Position numbers and translations under genes: made by a program | Assembly: GCA_044222185.1 (NCBI GenBank) | Contig: JBGANV010000003.1 | Coordinates: 320,001 to 384,000, forward strand | DNA: 64,000 bases | Direction of reading: 5' to 3' | Origin: Planctomycetota bacterium | Lineage (GTDB): Bacteria; Planctomycetota; GCA-002687715; CAIWVZ01 | Notes under the pieces: generated by a model | Database searches by the model: none | The model's input: the letters and a program-made list of their open reading frames with translations, nothing else | Told to the model about the DNA's origin: nothing | Shown here: positions 29,001 through 39,430 of the stretch, in pieces | Layout of the letters: each line of letters starts with the position of its first letter | Numbering within the stretch: the first letter of the stretch is position 1

Positions 29001-29474
29001 ATGATCGCACCGAATGCTGCACCCGAGAGACCGGTCCACGCGGGCATCGCTCACGCGGCGGATGCGTGGCTGCCGTGGGTCCTGCGTTCGCCGTGGCGCG
29101 ACGCGATCCTGCTCGTCGTGATGGCCGGCGCCTGGTGGATTCCCGAGACGGCGATCGACGCGGGCCCCGCGTTGTGCAACTTCCGCCGCTGGACGGGACT
29201 CCCGTGTCCGGGTTGCGGCTTCACGCGCGCGTTCGTTCACATGGCACACGGACACGTCGTCGACGCATTCGCGGCGAACGCGTTCGGGCCGCTGTTGTTC
29301 GTCGTGGCCGTGGGCGTCGTGGGCGCAGACGCGATCGCGTGGGCGCTCGGGCGACGGGTCTCACTCACCGTCGTCGCGCGGCGCGTGAGGAAGCCAGCGC
29401 TGGTCGCCGCCGTCGCCTGGGTCGTCTGGGGAGTCGCGCGTGCGGTCGCCGTGGCGATCGGACGCGCAGGCTGA
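29001..29474 (+). CDS. DUF2752 domain membrane protein
   Basis: LCNFRRWTGLPCPGCGFTRAF signature followed by TM helices. Confidence 0.85.
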   Translation: MIAPNAAPERPVHAGIAHAADAWLPWVLRSPWRDAILLVVMAGAWWIPETAIDAGPALCNFRRWTGLPCPGCGFTRAFVHMAHGHVVDAFAANAFGPLLFVVAVGVVGADAIAWALGRRVSLTVVARRVRKPALVAAVAWVVWGVARAVAVAIGRAG

Positions 29475-29478
29475 TCAC

Positions 29479-31101
29479 TCAGGGCAGGAAGTTGATGCGC
29501 AGCGCGTTGGAGAACCCGACGCCGGACGTCGCACCGGGGTCCAGGATCGCGCACTGCGCGTAGAGCGAAAACGGGCCGCCGCCGCCCGTCACCGGCGTGG
29601 TGAACCCACCGGCGGCGTTGGTCGCGAACGGCCCGATCAGCGTCGTCGGGTTCGGAAGAACCGTCCCACCGAAGAGGATCCCGAAGGACTGCGTGAACGA
29701 GATCCCGCAGAAGAACGTGGCGTTCGGCGGCGCCGAGACGAGCGCGAGTGTGCCGGTGTTTCCGCTGGCGAGCAATCCGCAGACGGTGAACCGTGGGAAG
29801 ACGCCCCCGGTACCGAGCTTGCCGAAGCCGAGATCGACGGCGGCCGTGTTGCATCCGAGTGGCCCCGGAAGGATGAAGTCCGCGACCACCGGGTGGTGAT
29901 CCGAGGCCGTCGAGCCGGCCGTGGACGGCGTCGGGTAGCCCACGAGCTCCGGCGGAAGCGCCGTCGCAGGCGCGATCGTCGAGGGATCGAACACGAACGC
30001 ACGCCTCAGGGCGACGATGCTGTCCTGCCACGCCACGTGATCGAACTTCACGTTGCCGATGGTGATTCGGCTTCCCGTGAACGGGTCGGTCGCGGCGTCA
30101 TAGGTCATGTCGGTGCGGTTTCGATCCGTTCCGTCGGTGCCGCCCGACGTCTCCGGTGAGAGAGCCTTCGTCAGCCACTGCGCGGGCCCGACGGTGGCGC
30201 CGTTCGTGAGTTCGTCCTCGTTCCAATCGCCGCCGATGATCACGGGTGTCTCGGGGCCGAGGATCGAGGTTGCAACGGGGTTGTCCGCGACGAGCCCGCC
30301 CGGGTCAGGCATCGTCGTCCCGAGGCCGTTGAACATCGCGTCGATGTAATAGGCGACGTTCGCAGCGGCCGTGACCCGCTGCGTGTGGTCCGCGCCCGCA
30401 GACCCGGCCTTCAAGTGCGCCGTTCCGATGACGAGGTCGCCGGCGTAGGTCGCGTTCGGCAACGCGATCTCCGCGAACGCGAATCCGCGGATGCCACCGT
30501 TGCCACCGGGCGCGTAGCCGCTCGCCGTCACGTTCGGGATGTCGTTCAGCGTCGAGCGCGTGTCGCCGTTCAGATCCGCGAACGGGAAACGGCTCAAGAT
30601 GCAGTTGCGGTTGAAGCCGTCGCTCACCGAACTCACGAGCATGTACGGGAAAGTGAAGCCCGGAGCATAGAGCTGCACGTAGGCCGTGACGGGCGGGTTG
30701 CCGGCCTTGAACGTGTCGTTGCCGCCGTTCAGGAAATAGCCGAGAGTCGTCGTGAGGTTCGCGACGCTGTCGACCCCGGATCCGGTCCCGTTCCCCGAAT
30801 TGTCCGCCGTCTCCTGCAACATCAGGATGTCCGGCTTCATCGACGCGACGATCCGCGCACACGCCGCCCAGTTGTTCGCGCCGGCGACCTTGTTGTTCGA
30901 CGTGCAGAGCGTGTCACGCACGTTCCAGGTCATGACGCGGATGTCGTTCGGGCTCGTCTTCCCCCACTGCCCGACCGCCGGGTTCCACTGAGCCGCGACC
31001 GGATGCGACAGCAGGAGCAGGCAAGATAAACCGCCGACGCTTCCAAATAACGACTGGCGCAGCGCCGCACGGCGCGCGTTCACTGTGGGTGTGGATGTCA
31101 T
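29479..31101 (-). CDS. Exported endonuclease/exonuclease/phosphatase (EEP) family protein with C-terminal beta domain
   Basis: RVMTWNV, PDILMLQE, AHLKA, IIGGDWN, FDHV, ASDHHPV; signal peptide ending VAAQ; alternative start 31116. Confidence 0.88.
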   Translation of the reverse strand: MTSTPTVNARRAALRQSLFGSVGGLSCLLLLSHPVAAQWNPAVGQWGKTSPNDIRVMTWNVRDTLCTSNNKVAGANNWAACARIVASMKPDILMLQETADNSGNGTGSGVDSVANLTTTLGYFLNGGNDTFKAGNPPVTAYVQLYAPGFTFPYMLVSSVSDGFNRNCILSRFPFADLNGDTRSTLNDIPNVTASGYAPGGNGGIRGFAFAEIALPNATYAGDLVIGTAHLKAGSAGADHTQRVTAAANVAYYIDAMFNGLGTTMPDPGGLVADNPVATSILGPETPVIIGGDWNEDELTNGATVGPAQWLTKALSPETSGGTDGTDRNRTDMTYDAATDPFTGSRITIGNVKFDHVAWQDSIVALRRAFVFDPSTIAPATALPPELVGYPTPSTAGSTASDHHPVVADFILPGPLGCNTAAVDLGFGKLGTGGVFPRFTVCGLLASGNTGTLALVSAPPNATFFCGISFTQSFGILFGGTVLPNPTTLIGPFATNAAGGFTTPVTGGGGPFSLYAQCAILDPGATSGVGFSNALRINFLP

Positions 31102-31269
31102 GGGTGCTCGCAGCAAAACGGCGGGCCCAGCATAGCGCAGGGTCCGCCGTCGGCGAGCAAGAAAGAGTGCTTGTCTGCGGCGCGATCAAGGCGCGCGCGG
31201 ATCGCGCGAGACGACTCGCGCACCCCCGCGCATCAGCGCACGCCGCGTCTTCAGACGCTCGGAATCAGC

Positions 31270-32313
31270 TCACCAGGCAAGCTGACGGGCAGCCGTGACG
31301 CCGATCACCTGCCCGGCGCCGTTCAACGCGACGCCCGCGACTTCCCAGACCTGTCCGGCGAACACGGACAACGCGCCTGGCGGAAGCGCAAACGGCACCG
31401 ACGGATAAAACCCCGGAGTCGGGTAGGTCCACGCGACCGGGTTGCCCGGCGACGGCGCCGTCGTCACGACGGAGAACACGAGCGGAGTGAGTGCCAGCCC
31501 GAACACGGGGCCACGACCGAGGATCGGCGCGGGCAACGTGCTGATGACCGTGAAGCCGAGCGAGGTCGCCGCCGGGACGTTCGCCATGGCGAGGACGAGG
31601 TCACCCTGGCCACCGCCGCCGGTGAACGCCGCGAGATCGAACTTGGTGCTCGCTCCGAGGGTGTACGTCAGGTTGATCACCGGCGCGGCATCCGAGTTCG
31701 CCGTGTTGCCCGCGGTCGCGGTCGCGCTCGACGCGTGGCCGTTGCGTGCGCCCCACGCCGTCGGGAACTGGCCATCGACGATGAAGCCCGCGGCCGGATT
31801 CGGACCCGGCAGCGTCAGCTCGACGAGGATGTCCAGCTTCTGGACCGGGTCGAACTCGAACGGCGTCTGGAACGGGATGTGGATGTGCCACGGAGCCGGC
31901 TGCCCCGGCGAAAGCGTGGTTCCGGCGAACGGAAGGATCGTGATCGGCCCCGTGTACACAACGGTGTAATCGGGTCCCCGATTGTTGGCGAAGATGCCCG
32001 ACATCGTGTTGTGGTTCGGTGACGCCAGCGTCGACATCGCGACGGTCGCGTTGGGGAACGTCCCGCCGACGAAGGCGGCCCCGGTCGACCGGCGGAATTC
32101 GATCTGCGTGATCGTGACGGGGCACTGATGCGTCATCTGCGTCCAGTCGTATGCGAACTGCCAGAGCTGCGCGGCTGCCGTGTTGAACGGAAGGCTCGTG
32201 GCGTAGTTCCCGTCGAGCGTGTCGTAGCCCTTCGGCAAGGTCGCGGTGAATTGCGCCTGAGCGGCGACGGAAAGTGCAACCGCAAACAGCGCGGCATGTG
32301 TCATGGATTTCAT
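31270..32313 (-). CDS. Exported hypothetical protein
   Basis: AGGAG RBS; signal peptide MKSMTHAALFAVALSVAAQAQ; C-terminal domain similar to that of the upstream gene. Confidence 0.8.
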   Translation of the reverse strand: MKSMTHAALFAVALSVAAQAQFTATLPKGYDTLDGNYATSLPFNTAAAQLWQFAYDWTQMTHQCPVTITQIEFRRSTGAAFVGGTFPNATVAMSTLASPNHNTMSGIFANNRGPDYTVVYTGPITILPFAGTTLSPGQPAPWHIHIPFQTPFEFDPVQKLDILVELTLPGPNPAAGFIVDGQFPTAWGARNGHASSATATAGNTANSDAAPVINLTYTLGASTKFDLAAFTGGGGQGDLVLAMANVPAATSLGFTVISTLPAPILGRGPVFGLALTPLVFSVVTTAPSPGNPVAWTYPTPGFYPSVPFALPPGALSVFAGQVWEVAGVALNGAGQVIGVTAARQLAW

Positions 32314-32338
32314 GGTTGTTTCTCCTGTCAGTCGTCGC

Positions 32339-33733
32339 TCAGAAGCGGACGCGAGCCACCGGCGAGTAGTTGATCAACAGCGACGCCCCGTCCAGGTAGA
32401 CGACGACGGCATCCATCGAGACGCCAGCCAGTGCCGACGCGCTGCCGCTCGGGAGGATGAAGGGAGCATCCGGGTAGAGGCCCGGAATGCCGACGTTCAG
32501 GAAGTGGAACGGGCTGCCCGCCGCGGCCGGCGTGTTCGCGAACGAGAACGTCGTCAGATCCGGGTACAGGCCGAGGAACCAGCCCGCGCCTGCGAGCGCG
32601 TTCGTGTCGAACGAGAACAGCGTATAGCCGTGGATCCAGCCCGTCGGCGGGATCGGTGCGGCGAGATACACGTCACCACCGCCGCACGTCGCGAACGTGA
32701 ATCCGGCTGCCCCGACGCTGATGTAGTTGATGTAGGTTCGCGTCGATTGCGTTGCGCCGTCGGAGACGGTGAGACTCACGGTGTAGCTGCCGGGAGCCTG
32801 GTACGGATGGCAGGGGTGCTGCGTCGTGTCGTCGACGAGCGTGTCGCCGTCGAAGTCCCAGGCCCATTGCGTGATGCCCGCGGGGCTGGGTGTCGTCGAC
32901 TGATCGGTGAATTTCACCAGGAGCGGCGCGCTCCCCGAGAGCCGACTCGCGGTGAAGTTCGCCTGTGCCTGGGGCGGCGCGAGCTCGGTGTTCATGCCCG
33001 CTTGGATCTGGGCCTGGGAACGCGCTTCGCTCCAGAAGCGGAACTCGTCGATCGATCCGTTGAACGGGTCGCCAGCACCGACGACGCCGCCGAGCATGAA
33101 GTTCGTTCCGATGGCACCGGGCGCGGCCGCCTGCTGCTGATCGAGGTTGCCGTCCACGTAGCCCGTGATCGTGCTCGCCGCGGCGTCGAAGACCAACGCC
33201 AGGTGATGCCAGTTCTGATCGCAGACGTTTGCGAGCGGCGCCGTCGCTGAACCGGAGGTGGCCGAGGCACAGGCGCCACAGAGGTTGCCCGTGTTGCCGC
33301 CGAGGTAATGGGCTCCGGGACCGTACCACCCGATGTAGCAGCGGAACGTCGCCGTGGAGTAGTCACCGAAGAGGCGACCAAGCTGCCCGCCGGTGTAGGT
33401 GAAGTTCGTCTTCATCCAGCACTCGATGGTGTAGCTCTGGCTCAAGTTCGTGGGGCCGTTGCTCAGGAGGCGCTGCCCGCCGACTCCGCCTGGATTCCAG
33501 GCGCCGGTCCCGAGACGCGGCGTCGCCGTGTTCCAGTTCACGGGGATGATGGCCGACTCGAAGCTCGGCGCGGCCGGATTGCCACCGCCCTGGGGGATGG
33601 CGTAGTTGACGACCTGATTGCCCGCGCCCTCGTTGAACTTGTAGTAGTAGACGTCTGGATAGGTCAGCACGCCCTGTGCTGCTGCGACGCCTGCGAGAAC
33701 GAGCATGGCTGAAAGCACGTGTCTTCGTGACAT
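32339..33733 (-). CDS. Exported LamG-like jellyroll + PKD domain protein
   Basis: GAGGAG RBS; YYKFNEG, YTIECWMK, WHHLALVFD, GSIDEFRFW (LamG); GSAPLLVKFTDQS...WAWDFDGD...YQAPGSYTVSLTV (PKD). Confidence 0.88.
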   Translation of the reverse strand: MSRRHVLSAMLVLAGVAAAQGVLTYPDVYYYKFNEGAGNQVVNYAIPQGGGNPAAPSFESAIIPVNWNTATPRLGTGAWNPGGVGGQRLLSNGPTNLSQSYTIECWMKTNFTYTGGQLGRLFGDYSTATFRCYIGWYGPGAHYLGGNTGNLCGACASATSGSATAPLANVCDQNWHHLALVFDAAASTITGYVDGNLDQQQAAAPGAIGTNFMLGGVVGAGDPFNGSIDEFRFWSEARSQAQIQAGMNTELAPPQAQANFTASRLSGSAPLLVKFTDQSTTPSPAGITQWAWDFDGDTLVDDTTQHPCHPYQAPGSYTVSLTVSDGATQSTRTYINYISVGAAGFTFATCGGGDVYLAAPIPPTGWIHGYTLFSFDTNALAGAGWFLGLYPDLTTFSFANTPAAAGSPFHFLNVGIPGLYPDAPFILPSGSASALAGVSMDAVVVYLDGASLLINYSPVARVRF

Positions 33734-33940
33734 GCGAAACTCCTCATCAGAATCGACGGCGGAAACGCGGGCGTCCGGAAACGGCCCTTCCAGAGGGGCG
33801 CAACGGCGCGAATGGCGCGTTCGGCGGCTCCCCACGACGAAGCCGGGGAAGCCGAGCGGCGATCATACAGAGGGGCGCGAACCGTGGACAGTGCGAGGAT
33901 GCCCGCCGGCGTCGACCCCGGGGCTGAGCGTTCCCGTGCC

Positions 33941-35935
33941 TCAGTAGTCCTTTCGAAGTCGAGTCCCACCCACGATTTCGACGGATTCGAAGGGCGGTTC
34001 GCCGCCCCCGGGCAGCAGCACCAGCTGGCCCTCGCGGCGAAGCAGGCGAACCCGCCATCTGCCCGGCCGAAGACCCCGCAGAAGGTAGGTTCCCGTCGCG
34101 TCGGTGGCGGCCTGCGCGATCGGGGGCTGATCCTCACTCGAGTCGAAGACGGCAAACACGGTCGCCGCCGTGTCGAAGGTCCCGTCCTTCGCCTGCACGC
34201 GGCCGAACATCGCGCCAGCCCGTTGCAGAACGATCGTGGGCACCTCGTACGAGGCGATGACACCCGTCGAGAACTCCGTCGTCGCGAGACTCACGTGATC
34301 AGGATGCTCGACCTCGACCCTCACGTTGCCCGGTGACGTCAGAAGCTCGAACCGCCCGTCGTCGTCGGTGCGCTCCGTTTCCGCTGATCCCGACCGCGGC
34401 ACCACGCGAAGGTCTTTCGGGCCGGACGGATCCCGACGGTGAACGAGGACGGTCGCATCGGGAACGGGCCGCCCCTGGTCATCCAGAACGCGGCCGACGA
34501 GGAGCATCCCCGTCGGGACGGAGATCTCGATGTCGGAACGCAGCTCGCCACGTCCCACGTCGAAGGGCCCCGCCGCGAACAACGGATGCCCATCCGTGGA
34601 CACGACGATGAAATGACGGCCAGGACGAACGTTCGCGAAGTGGAACGTGCCGTCCGCGGACGACACGTAAAGGCGACTCAACGGAACGCCCAGGTTCGTG
34701 TCGGGCGATGCCGACAGCCACGCGGTGTACGCGGTGATCGGTTTTCCAGTGGCCTTTTCCAGAACGCGGCCGGCCAGTCCGGCCTGTCGCGGCATGCGGA
34801 TCACCACCATTTCCGTGGGCGGCGAGCCCGAGCCTTCCCGGGCGACGTGCGCCGACGCGATCGCCGAGCGTGCACCGTCCTCGACGCGCGCGACGAGCCT
34901 GTACAACCCGGGCCGGAGGTGGTCGAAGCGGAACGTCCCGTCGCTTCGCGTCTCCACCGTCAGGGTCGGCAGGTCGGGGTCGACGCTCTCGCCGTCGGAT
35001 TCGAGTTGCACGACGTCCAGGTCGACCATGGCGCCCCCGACGCCTTCGTCGCTCCCCTCGCGCTTCACGGTGCCTTCGAGCGGTGAGCCTGAGAACAACT
35101 CGATGCCGATGGGGCCCGCTTCGCCCCGCGCTGGAATCTCGACGATGGCGCGTCCGCCGGGCGCCAGGTCGGCGGCGATCGCTCGCACGGTCTTCCGTCC
35201 CGCCGCGAGATGATCGATCACGAACGTTCCGTCCACCGCGGTCGTCGCCGAGCCTTCGGCAACGAGGTGGAAGCTCCTCGAAACACCGGCGTAGACGGCG
35301 ACACGCGCTCCGGCGACCGGCGATCCGCCGAACGTCACCGTGCCTCGCAGCTTCGCGCCGCCATCGAGTCGAACGTCACGGACGAGCGCGACCTCGTCGC
35401 AGGGCTCGATCCCGCCGACGTCTCGCGGAGCGAAACCTGCGGCGCGCGCGGCCAACAGGAAGCGCGCGTGGCGCGGGAACCCCTCGATGAAGTACCGGCC
35501 GGCGGCGTCGCTGTTCGCCCGGCCGGCGATCGGGCCCGGCAGCGGTGTCAACGGCGTCGATCCCAGGTCGACGTGCAGCGTCAGCTCGACATCCGCGAGC
35601 GGCTTCCCGTCTGCATCCTGAACCTGCCCGGAGAGCGTTGGCGGCGGAAGGAGGTCGCGCCGGACCCGCGGCGCCCTCGGGACCTTCCTGGGCTCCGTGC
35701 GCCGCGCAGCGTTGGCGTCCGCGTCCGGCCCGCTTACACCGTGCGACTCCGAACCGTCGGCTGCGCGCCCGACGGGGTCCGCGACATCGGGGCGGACCGT
35801 CGGCGACGTGGAGGACGGCCCGTCACGATCGCTCACGAGCGTCGTGACCCAGACGACGGCCGCTCCGACACAGAGCACGATGGCGACCGCACCGAGCGTC
35901 GAGGCGATGGAACGCATCACGGCAGAGGCTGGCAT
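33941..35935 (-). CDS. Membrane-anchored carboxypeptidase-regulatory-like repeat protein
   Basis: N-terminal TM, then repeated G.V.D..G.P..A.V...TD..G.F...L.PG units. Confidence 0.8.
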   Translation of the reverse strand: MPASAVMRSIASTLGAVAIVLCVGAAVVWVTTLVSDRDGPSSTSPTVRPDVADPVGRAADGSESHGVSGPDADANAARRTEPRKVPRAPRVRRDLLPPPTLSGQVQDADGKPLADVELTLHVDLGSTPLTPLPGPIAGRANSDAAGRYFIEGFPRHARFLLAARAAGFAPRDVGGIEPCDEVALVRDVRLDGGAKLRGTVTFGGSPVAGARVAVYAGVSRSFHLVAEGSATTAVDGTFVIDHLAAGRKTVRAIAADLAPGGRAIVEIPARGEAGPIGIELFSGSPLEGTVKREGSDEGVGGAMVDLDVVQLESDGESVDPDLPTLTVETRSDGTFRFDHLRPGLYRLVARVEDGARSAIASAHVAREGSGSPPTEMVVIRMPRQAGLAGRVLEKATGKPITAYTAWLSASPDTNLGVPLSRLYVSSADGTFHFANVRPGRHFIVVSTDGHPLFAAGPFDVGRGELRSDIEISVPTGMLLVGRVLDDQGRPVPDATVLVHRRDPSGPKDLRVVPRSGSAETERTDDDGRFELLTSPGNVRVEVEHPDHVSLATTEFSTGVIASYEVPTIVLQRAGAMFGRVQAKDGTFDTAATVFAVFDSSEDQPPIAQAATDATGTYLLRGLRPGRWRVRLLRREGQLVLLPGGGEPPFESVEIVGGTRLRKDY

Positions 35936-35986
35936 CGGCGAGCCGACAACGCAATTCGCGGACCGGGGACGCCAGCGCCCGGGCGA

Positions 35987-37063
35987 TCAAAGGTCCAGGC
36001 TGGCGATCTGGCGGGCGGCGAGGGTCACCGTCGCCTCGGGCCTGGACTCGCGTCGCCCGCTCCCCCCGTCCGGAGTCTCACCCACCAATCGGGCTTCGAG
36101 CCGGAACTGGCCCGGTGGGAGATCCGGAAGGTCGTAGCTGCCGTCGTCACGCACGTTCCCCCAGTGACGCAGCAGCAGCGGCTCCGCGCGGCCGTCGTCT
36201 CCGAGCCGCGTTGCACAGACGCGGAAGCGTGCGCCGGGGGTCGACGCAGTCGACACGTGGCCGAGAACGCGGCCCGCCGGCTCCATCACGATGGGTGCGG
36301 CGAGCGACATGGTGGACGACGCCGGCTTGACGGTGAAGTGCCTGGTCACGACCGTCGCGAACCCGGGCGCGACTGCGATGACCGCGAACGTCCCCTCCGG
36401 TAGGTGCGGGAATCCGAAGCATCCGTTCGCATCGCACCGCAGGAATCGCCGCTGCGCCCGGGACTGCGCGAGACATTCGTCCCGCTCCGGCGTCGATTCA
36501 GCTCCCAGGCGCCTGGGCTCGATCGCAACGGAGACCCCGGCGACGGGAGTACCGCCCTGATCCACGACGCGTCCCATCACGAGGCAGCCGCGCTCGAGAT
36601 CGATGCGGAACTCCGCGACGCTTTCGTTCGCGCACAGCCTGACCCGACGCCCCAACGCAGGCGCGAAGCCCTCCGCGGTGACGACCGCCCACACCTCGCC
36701 TGGCGGGTTCTCGAACGCGAATTCGAACCGCCCGCTCGCCCGAGACTCGAACGTGCAGGACTCGATCAGCGAGAGTTCCCACTCATCGCGCTCGTGTGAC
36801 ACCGACACGGTGAACGCCGCGGGGGCGCCCGGCTCCGCGCTCTTCACGGAGCCCGAAAACCGGGCCGGGCCGCGCGCGGGCGGCGCTGGTGCAGGGCCGG
36901 TGCCGAGCGGCGGCGTGGTCGCGTCGGGTGGCGACGCAACGGACGCCGGGCGAGAGAGCCAGGCGTCCGCCGCAAGCACGACGGCCACCAGGAAAATGGC
37001 ACCGGAGGCGAGATGAAGCCGGTTGTAGCCAGCCGGAGTCTCGTCAGCAGGCCGGTCACTCAT
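35987..37063 (-). CDS. Membrane-anchored carboxypeptidase-regulatory-like repeat protein (short)
   Basis: N-terminal TM; GRVVDQGGTPVAGVSV, DGSYDLPDLPPGQF. Confidence 0.75.
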   Translation of the reverse strand: MSDRPADETPAGYNRLHLASGAIFLVAVVLAADAWLSRPASVASPPDATTPPLGTGPAPAPPARGPARFSGSVKSAEPGAPAAFTVSVSHERDEWELSLIESCTFESRASGRFEFAFENPPGEVWAVVTAEGFAPALGRRVRLCANESVAEFRIDLERGCLVMGRVVDQGGTPVAGVSVAIEPRRLGAESTPERDECLAQSRAQRRFLRCDANGCFGFPHLPEGTFAVIAVAPGFATVVTRHFTVKPASSTMSLAAPIVMEPAGRVLGHVSTASTPGARFRVCATRLGDDGRAEPLLLRHWGNVRDDGSYDLPDLPPGQFRLEARLVGETPDGGSGRRESRPEATVTLAARQIASLDL

Positions 37064-37119
37064 GGGCGACGGCGGCCCGCGAGCCGCCGGACGTCAGGGA
37101 CGTGCGTGACGGCGCACAA

Positions 37120-39240
37120 TCAGAGGTCGACTTCCTTGACCTCGCCTTCGCCGAGCGTGAACACCGCGGACGACGAAGCACCATCCTTGGCTTGCTTGAG
37201 GATCGACGCGAGGTCGATCGTGCCGTTGCGCTGCGCGACCGTCACGCGATAGGTGCCGATCGAAAGCCCGGTGACCTCGAAATGCCCCTCGGCATCGGTG
37301 TACGCCGTGCGCTGGGAACCGAACCCGGCACCGTTCGTCGCCACCGGAGCCACCTGCACCATGGCCTTCGGATCGGGCTTTCCATCGGTGGAGACGCGGC
37401 CGCGAATCGTGCAGCCGCGCGAGAGCTGCAGGTCGGGCGCCGAGACCTCGCCGCCCTTCGACACGACGACGGGCGAGCTCGTCAGAGGTCCGAACGTCGG
37501 ATGGCGCACGGAGAGCGCGTACCGCCCTTCGAGCAGGTTCGGGATCGTGTAGTTGCCCTTGCTGTCGGTGCGGCCTTCCTTCATCTCGCGGCGCATGTTC
37601 GCCTTGATCAGGCTCAGGAAGGGATTGTCGGGCTGGCCTTCAGGCTGAGCACCTTCTGCAGTGACGATCGCGTCGGCGACGCCCTGGCCCTGATTGTCCA
37701 CGACGCGTCCTCGAATCGTCGCGCCCCGGTGGAGGCGGATCTCCACGTTCTCGCGACGCTCGCTCTGGTTCATCGTGATTTCCTCGCTCTTGCCGCCGGC
37801 GTATCCGGGGGCTTCGGCGAGGAGCCAGTACTTGCCAGGGCGGACGTCGATGTACTCGAACTTCCCGTCCGTGAATCGGGGAGCGCTGAACGATCGCTTC
37901 GTGTGGGGCGCGATGTAGGTGTCGTCGGGCGTCGTCGTGAATCCGATGGTGAATGCGAGCACGGGCCTCCCGGTCTCGTCGTCGACCACCCGGCCCAGCA
38001 CGCGGCCGTTGGACACGAGCTGGAAATTCACGCCGTCCGAGCCGGTCTCGGCAGTCTGCTGCGGAGCCTGCATGTACCCGCTCGCCGCGACGGAGACGAC
38101 GTAACTGCCGCACTCCAGTCCCGGGAACTCGAATCGGCCGTCGTCGCCCGTACGGACCGTCTCGCTGAGCATGGCGGGCGGGGCAACGGGCGCCGTGATC
38201 TTCACGGACGGATTGACAGCTTCCGCCTCCTCGCCGGCGGCGGCGCCGTCGTCGTCACCCTTGCCCTGCTGTGCACGGAGTTTCGCCCGCACTTCACGGG
38301 CCGCGAGCTTCGCCTGCTCGGGGTCGAGCTTGGGTCCGACGGCGAGCGGGCGAGCCGTGACGAGCGCGCCGCCGACGGCCGTGCCGGTCTCCTGCGACGT
38401 GATCAACCCGCCGAGCTTGCAGCCCTCGCCCATGATGATGTCGACGTGTTCGACGTTCTTGTTCGCTTCGACGTTGACCGTCTGGCGGCCGTTCGTCGCA
38501 AAGCCGACCTGGCGCGCCATCAGTTTCTTCACGCCGGGCTTCAGGTTCGAGACGACGTAGTTGCCGGTGGCATCCGACGTGGCGACCTTCTCGACCGCGC
38601 CGAGCGGATCCCAGGTGTTCGTGTTCAGGTCGTACGCCGTGATGGTGACACCGGCGAGTGGCGCACCGCTCGCCGTGTGGATCGTCCCCGAGATCGCTGC
38701 CCCCGTCGTCAGCGTGACCTTCAGGTTGCCGCTCTTGGGATCCTTCAGCTCGACCGGGAAGTAGCGCTCCATGGAGTATTCGGGGTGCGACACGCGGAGC
38801 ACGTAGCGCTCGGCCGTCGAGAGATCCTGGCGCGCGAAGAAGAAGAGGCCGTCACCCTTCGTCGTGCATTGGGCGCGGACGTCGTTCTCCTGGGGCTTGT
38901 TGATCAGTGCCGAGTTGTCGACCACGAGTTCGCAAAGGGCCGAGTCGACGGCGGCGCCGCTGCTGTTCTGGACGATGCCCATCACGCCTGAATCGATGTT
39001 CCCCATGTCCTCCTTGGCGTTGAACGTGGAGACCTTGACCGGGGCAGCGCCATCGGTCTTCGGAGCCGCCTTGTGGTCGACCTGCGGCAGCGTCGGTCGG
39101 TCCTGGAGCGGACCCGCCGTGTCAGCGCGCCCGGGCTTCACGGGGCCCGACCCGCCGTCGCCCGCGACGAGGAAGTACCCGACGCCGATCCCGGCGAGGG
39201 CGAGGAACGCAACGACCGCAATGACTCCGGTTCGGTTCAT
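37120..39240 (-). CDS. Membrane-anchored carboxypeptidase-regulatory-like repeat protein
   Basis: Start MNRTGVIAVVAFLALAGIGVGYFLV; about six Ig-like repeats. Confidence 0.82.
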   Translation of the reverse strand: MNRTGVIAVVAFLALAGIGVGYFLVAGDGGSGPVKPGRADTAGPLQDRPTLPQVDHKAAPKTDGAAPVKVSTFNAKEDMGNIDSGVMGIVQNSSGAAVDSALCELVVDNSALINKPQENDVRAQCTTKGDGLFFFARQDLSTAERYVLRVSHPEYSMERYFPVELKDPKSGNLKVTLTTGAAISGTIHTASGAPLAGVTITAYDLNTNTWDPLGAVEKVATSDATGNYVVSNLKPGVKKLMARQVGFATNGRQTVNVEANKNVEHVDIIMGEGCKLGGLITSQETGTAVGGALVTARPLAVGPKLDPEQAKLAAREVRAKLRAQQGKGDDDGAAAGEEAEAVNPSVKITAPVAPPAMLSETVRTGDDGRFEFPGLECGSYVVSVAASGYMQAPQQTAETGSDGVNFQLVSNGRVLGRVVDDETGRPVLAFTIGFTTTPDDTYIAPHTKRSFSAPRFTDGKFEYIDVRPGKYWLLAEAPGYAGGKSEEITMNQSERRENVEIRLHRGATIRGRVVDNQGQGVADAIVTAEGAQPEGQPDNPFLSLIKANMRREMKEGRTDSKGNYTIPNLLEGRYALSVRHPTFGPLTSSPVVVSKGGEVSAPDLQLSRGCTIRGRVSTDGKPDPKAMVQVAPVATNGAGFGSQRTAYTDAEGHFEVTGLSIGTYRVTVAQRNGTIDLASILKQAKDGASSSAVFTLGEGEVKEVDL

Positions 39241-39430
39241 GTCTGGAGCTCGGATTGGATGCAAACGACCCGCAACGGCGCACGACCGTGCTCGGGGCGA
39301 CCTCTTCGACGTGAGACTGTATCGGCAAATTCCCAGAGGGCCGAGCGGCGCCATGGCCTGGGATGGAAATCTCCGCCGCGGGACGGGTTATCTGTCGAGC
39401 GAGGTGGCTGGCGGCGGCCGCGAACGCGCG

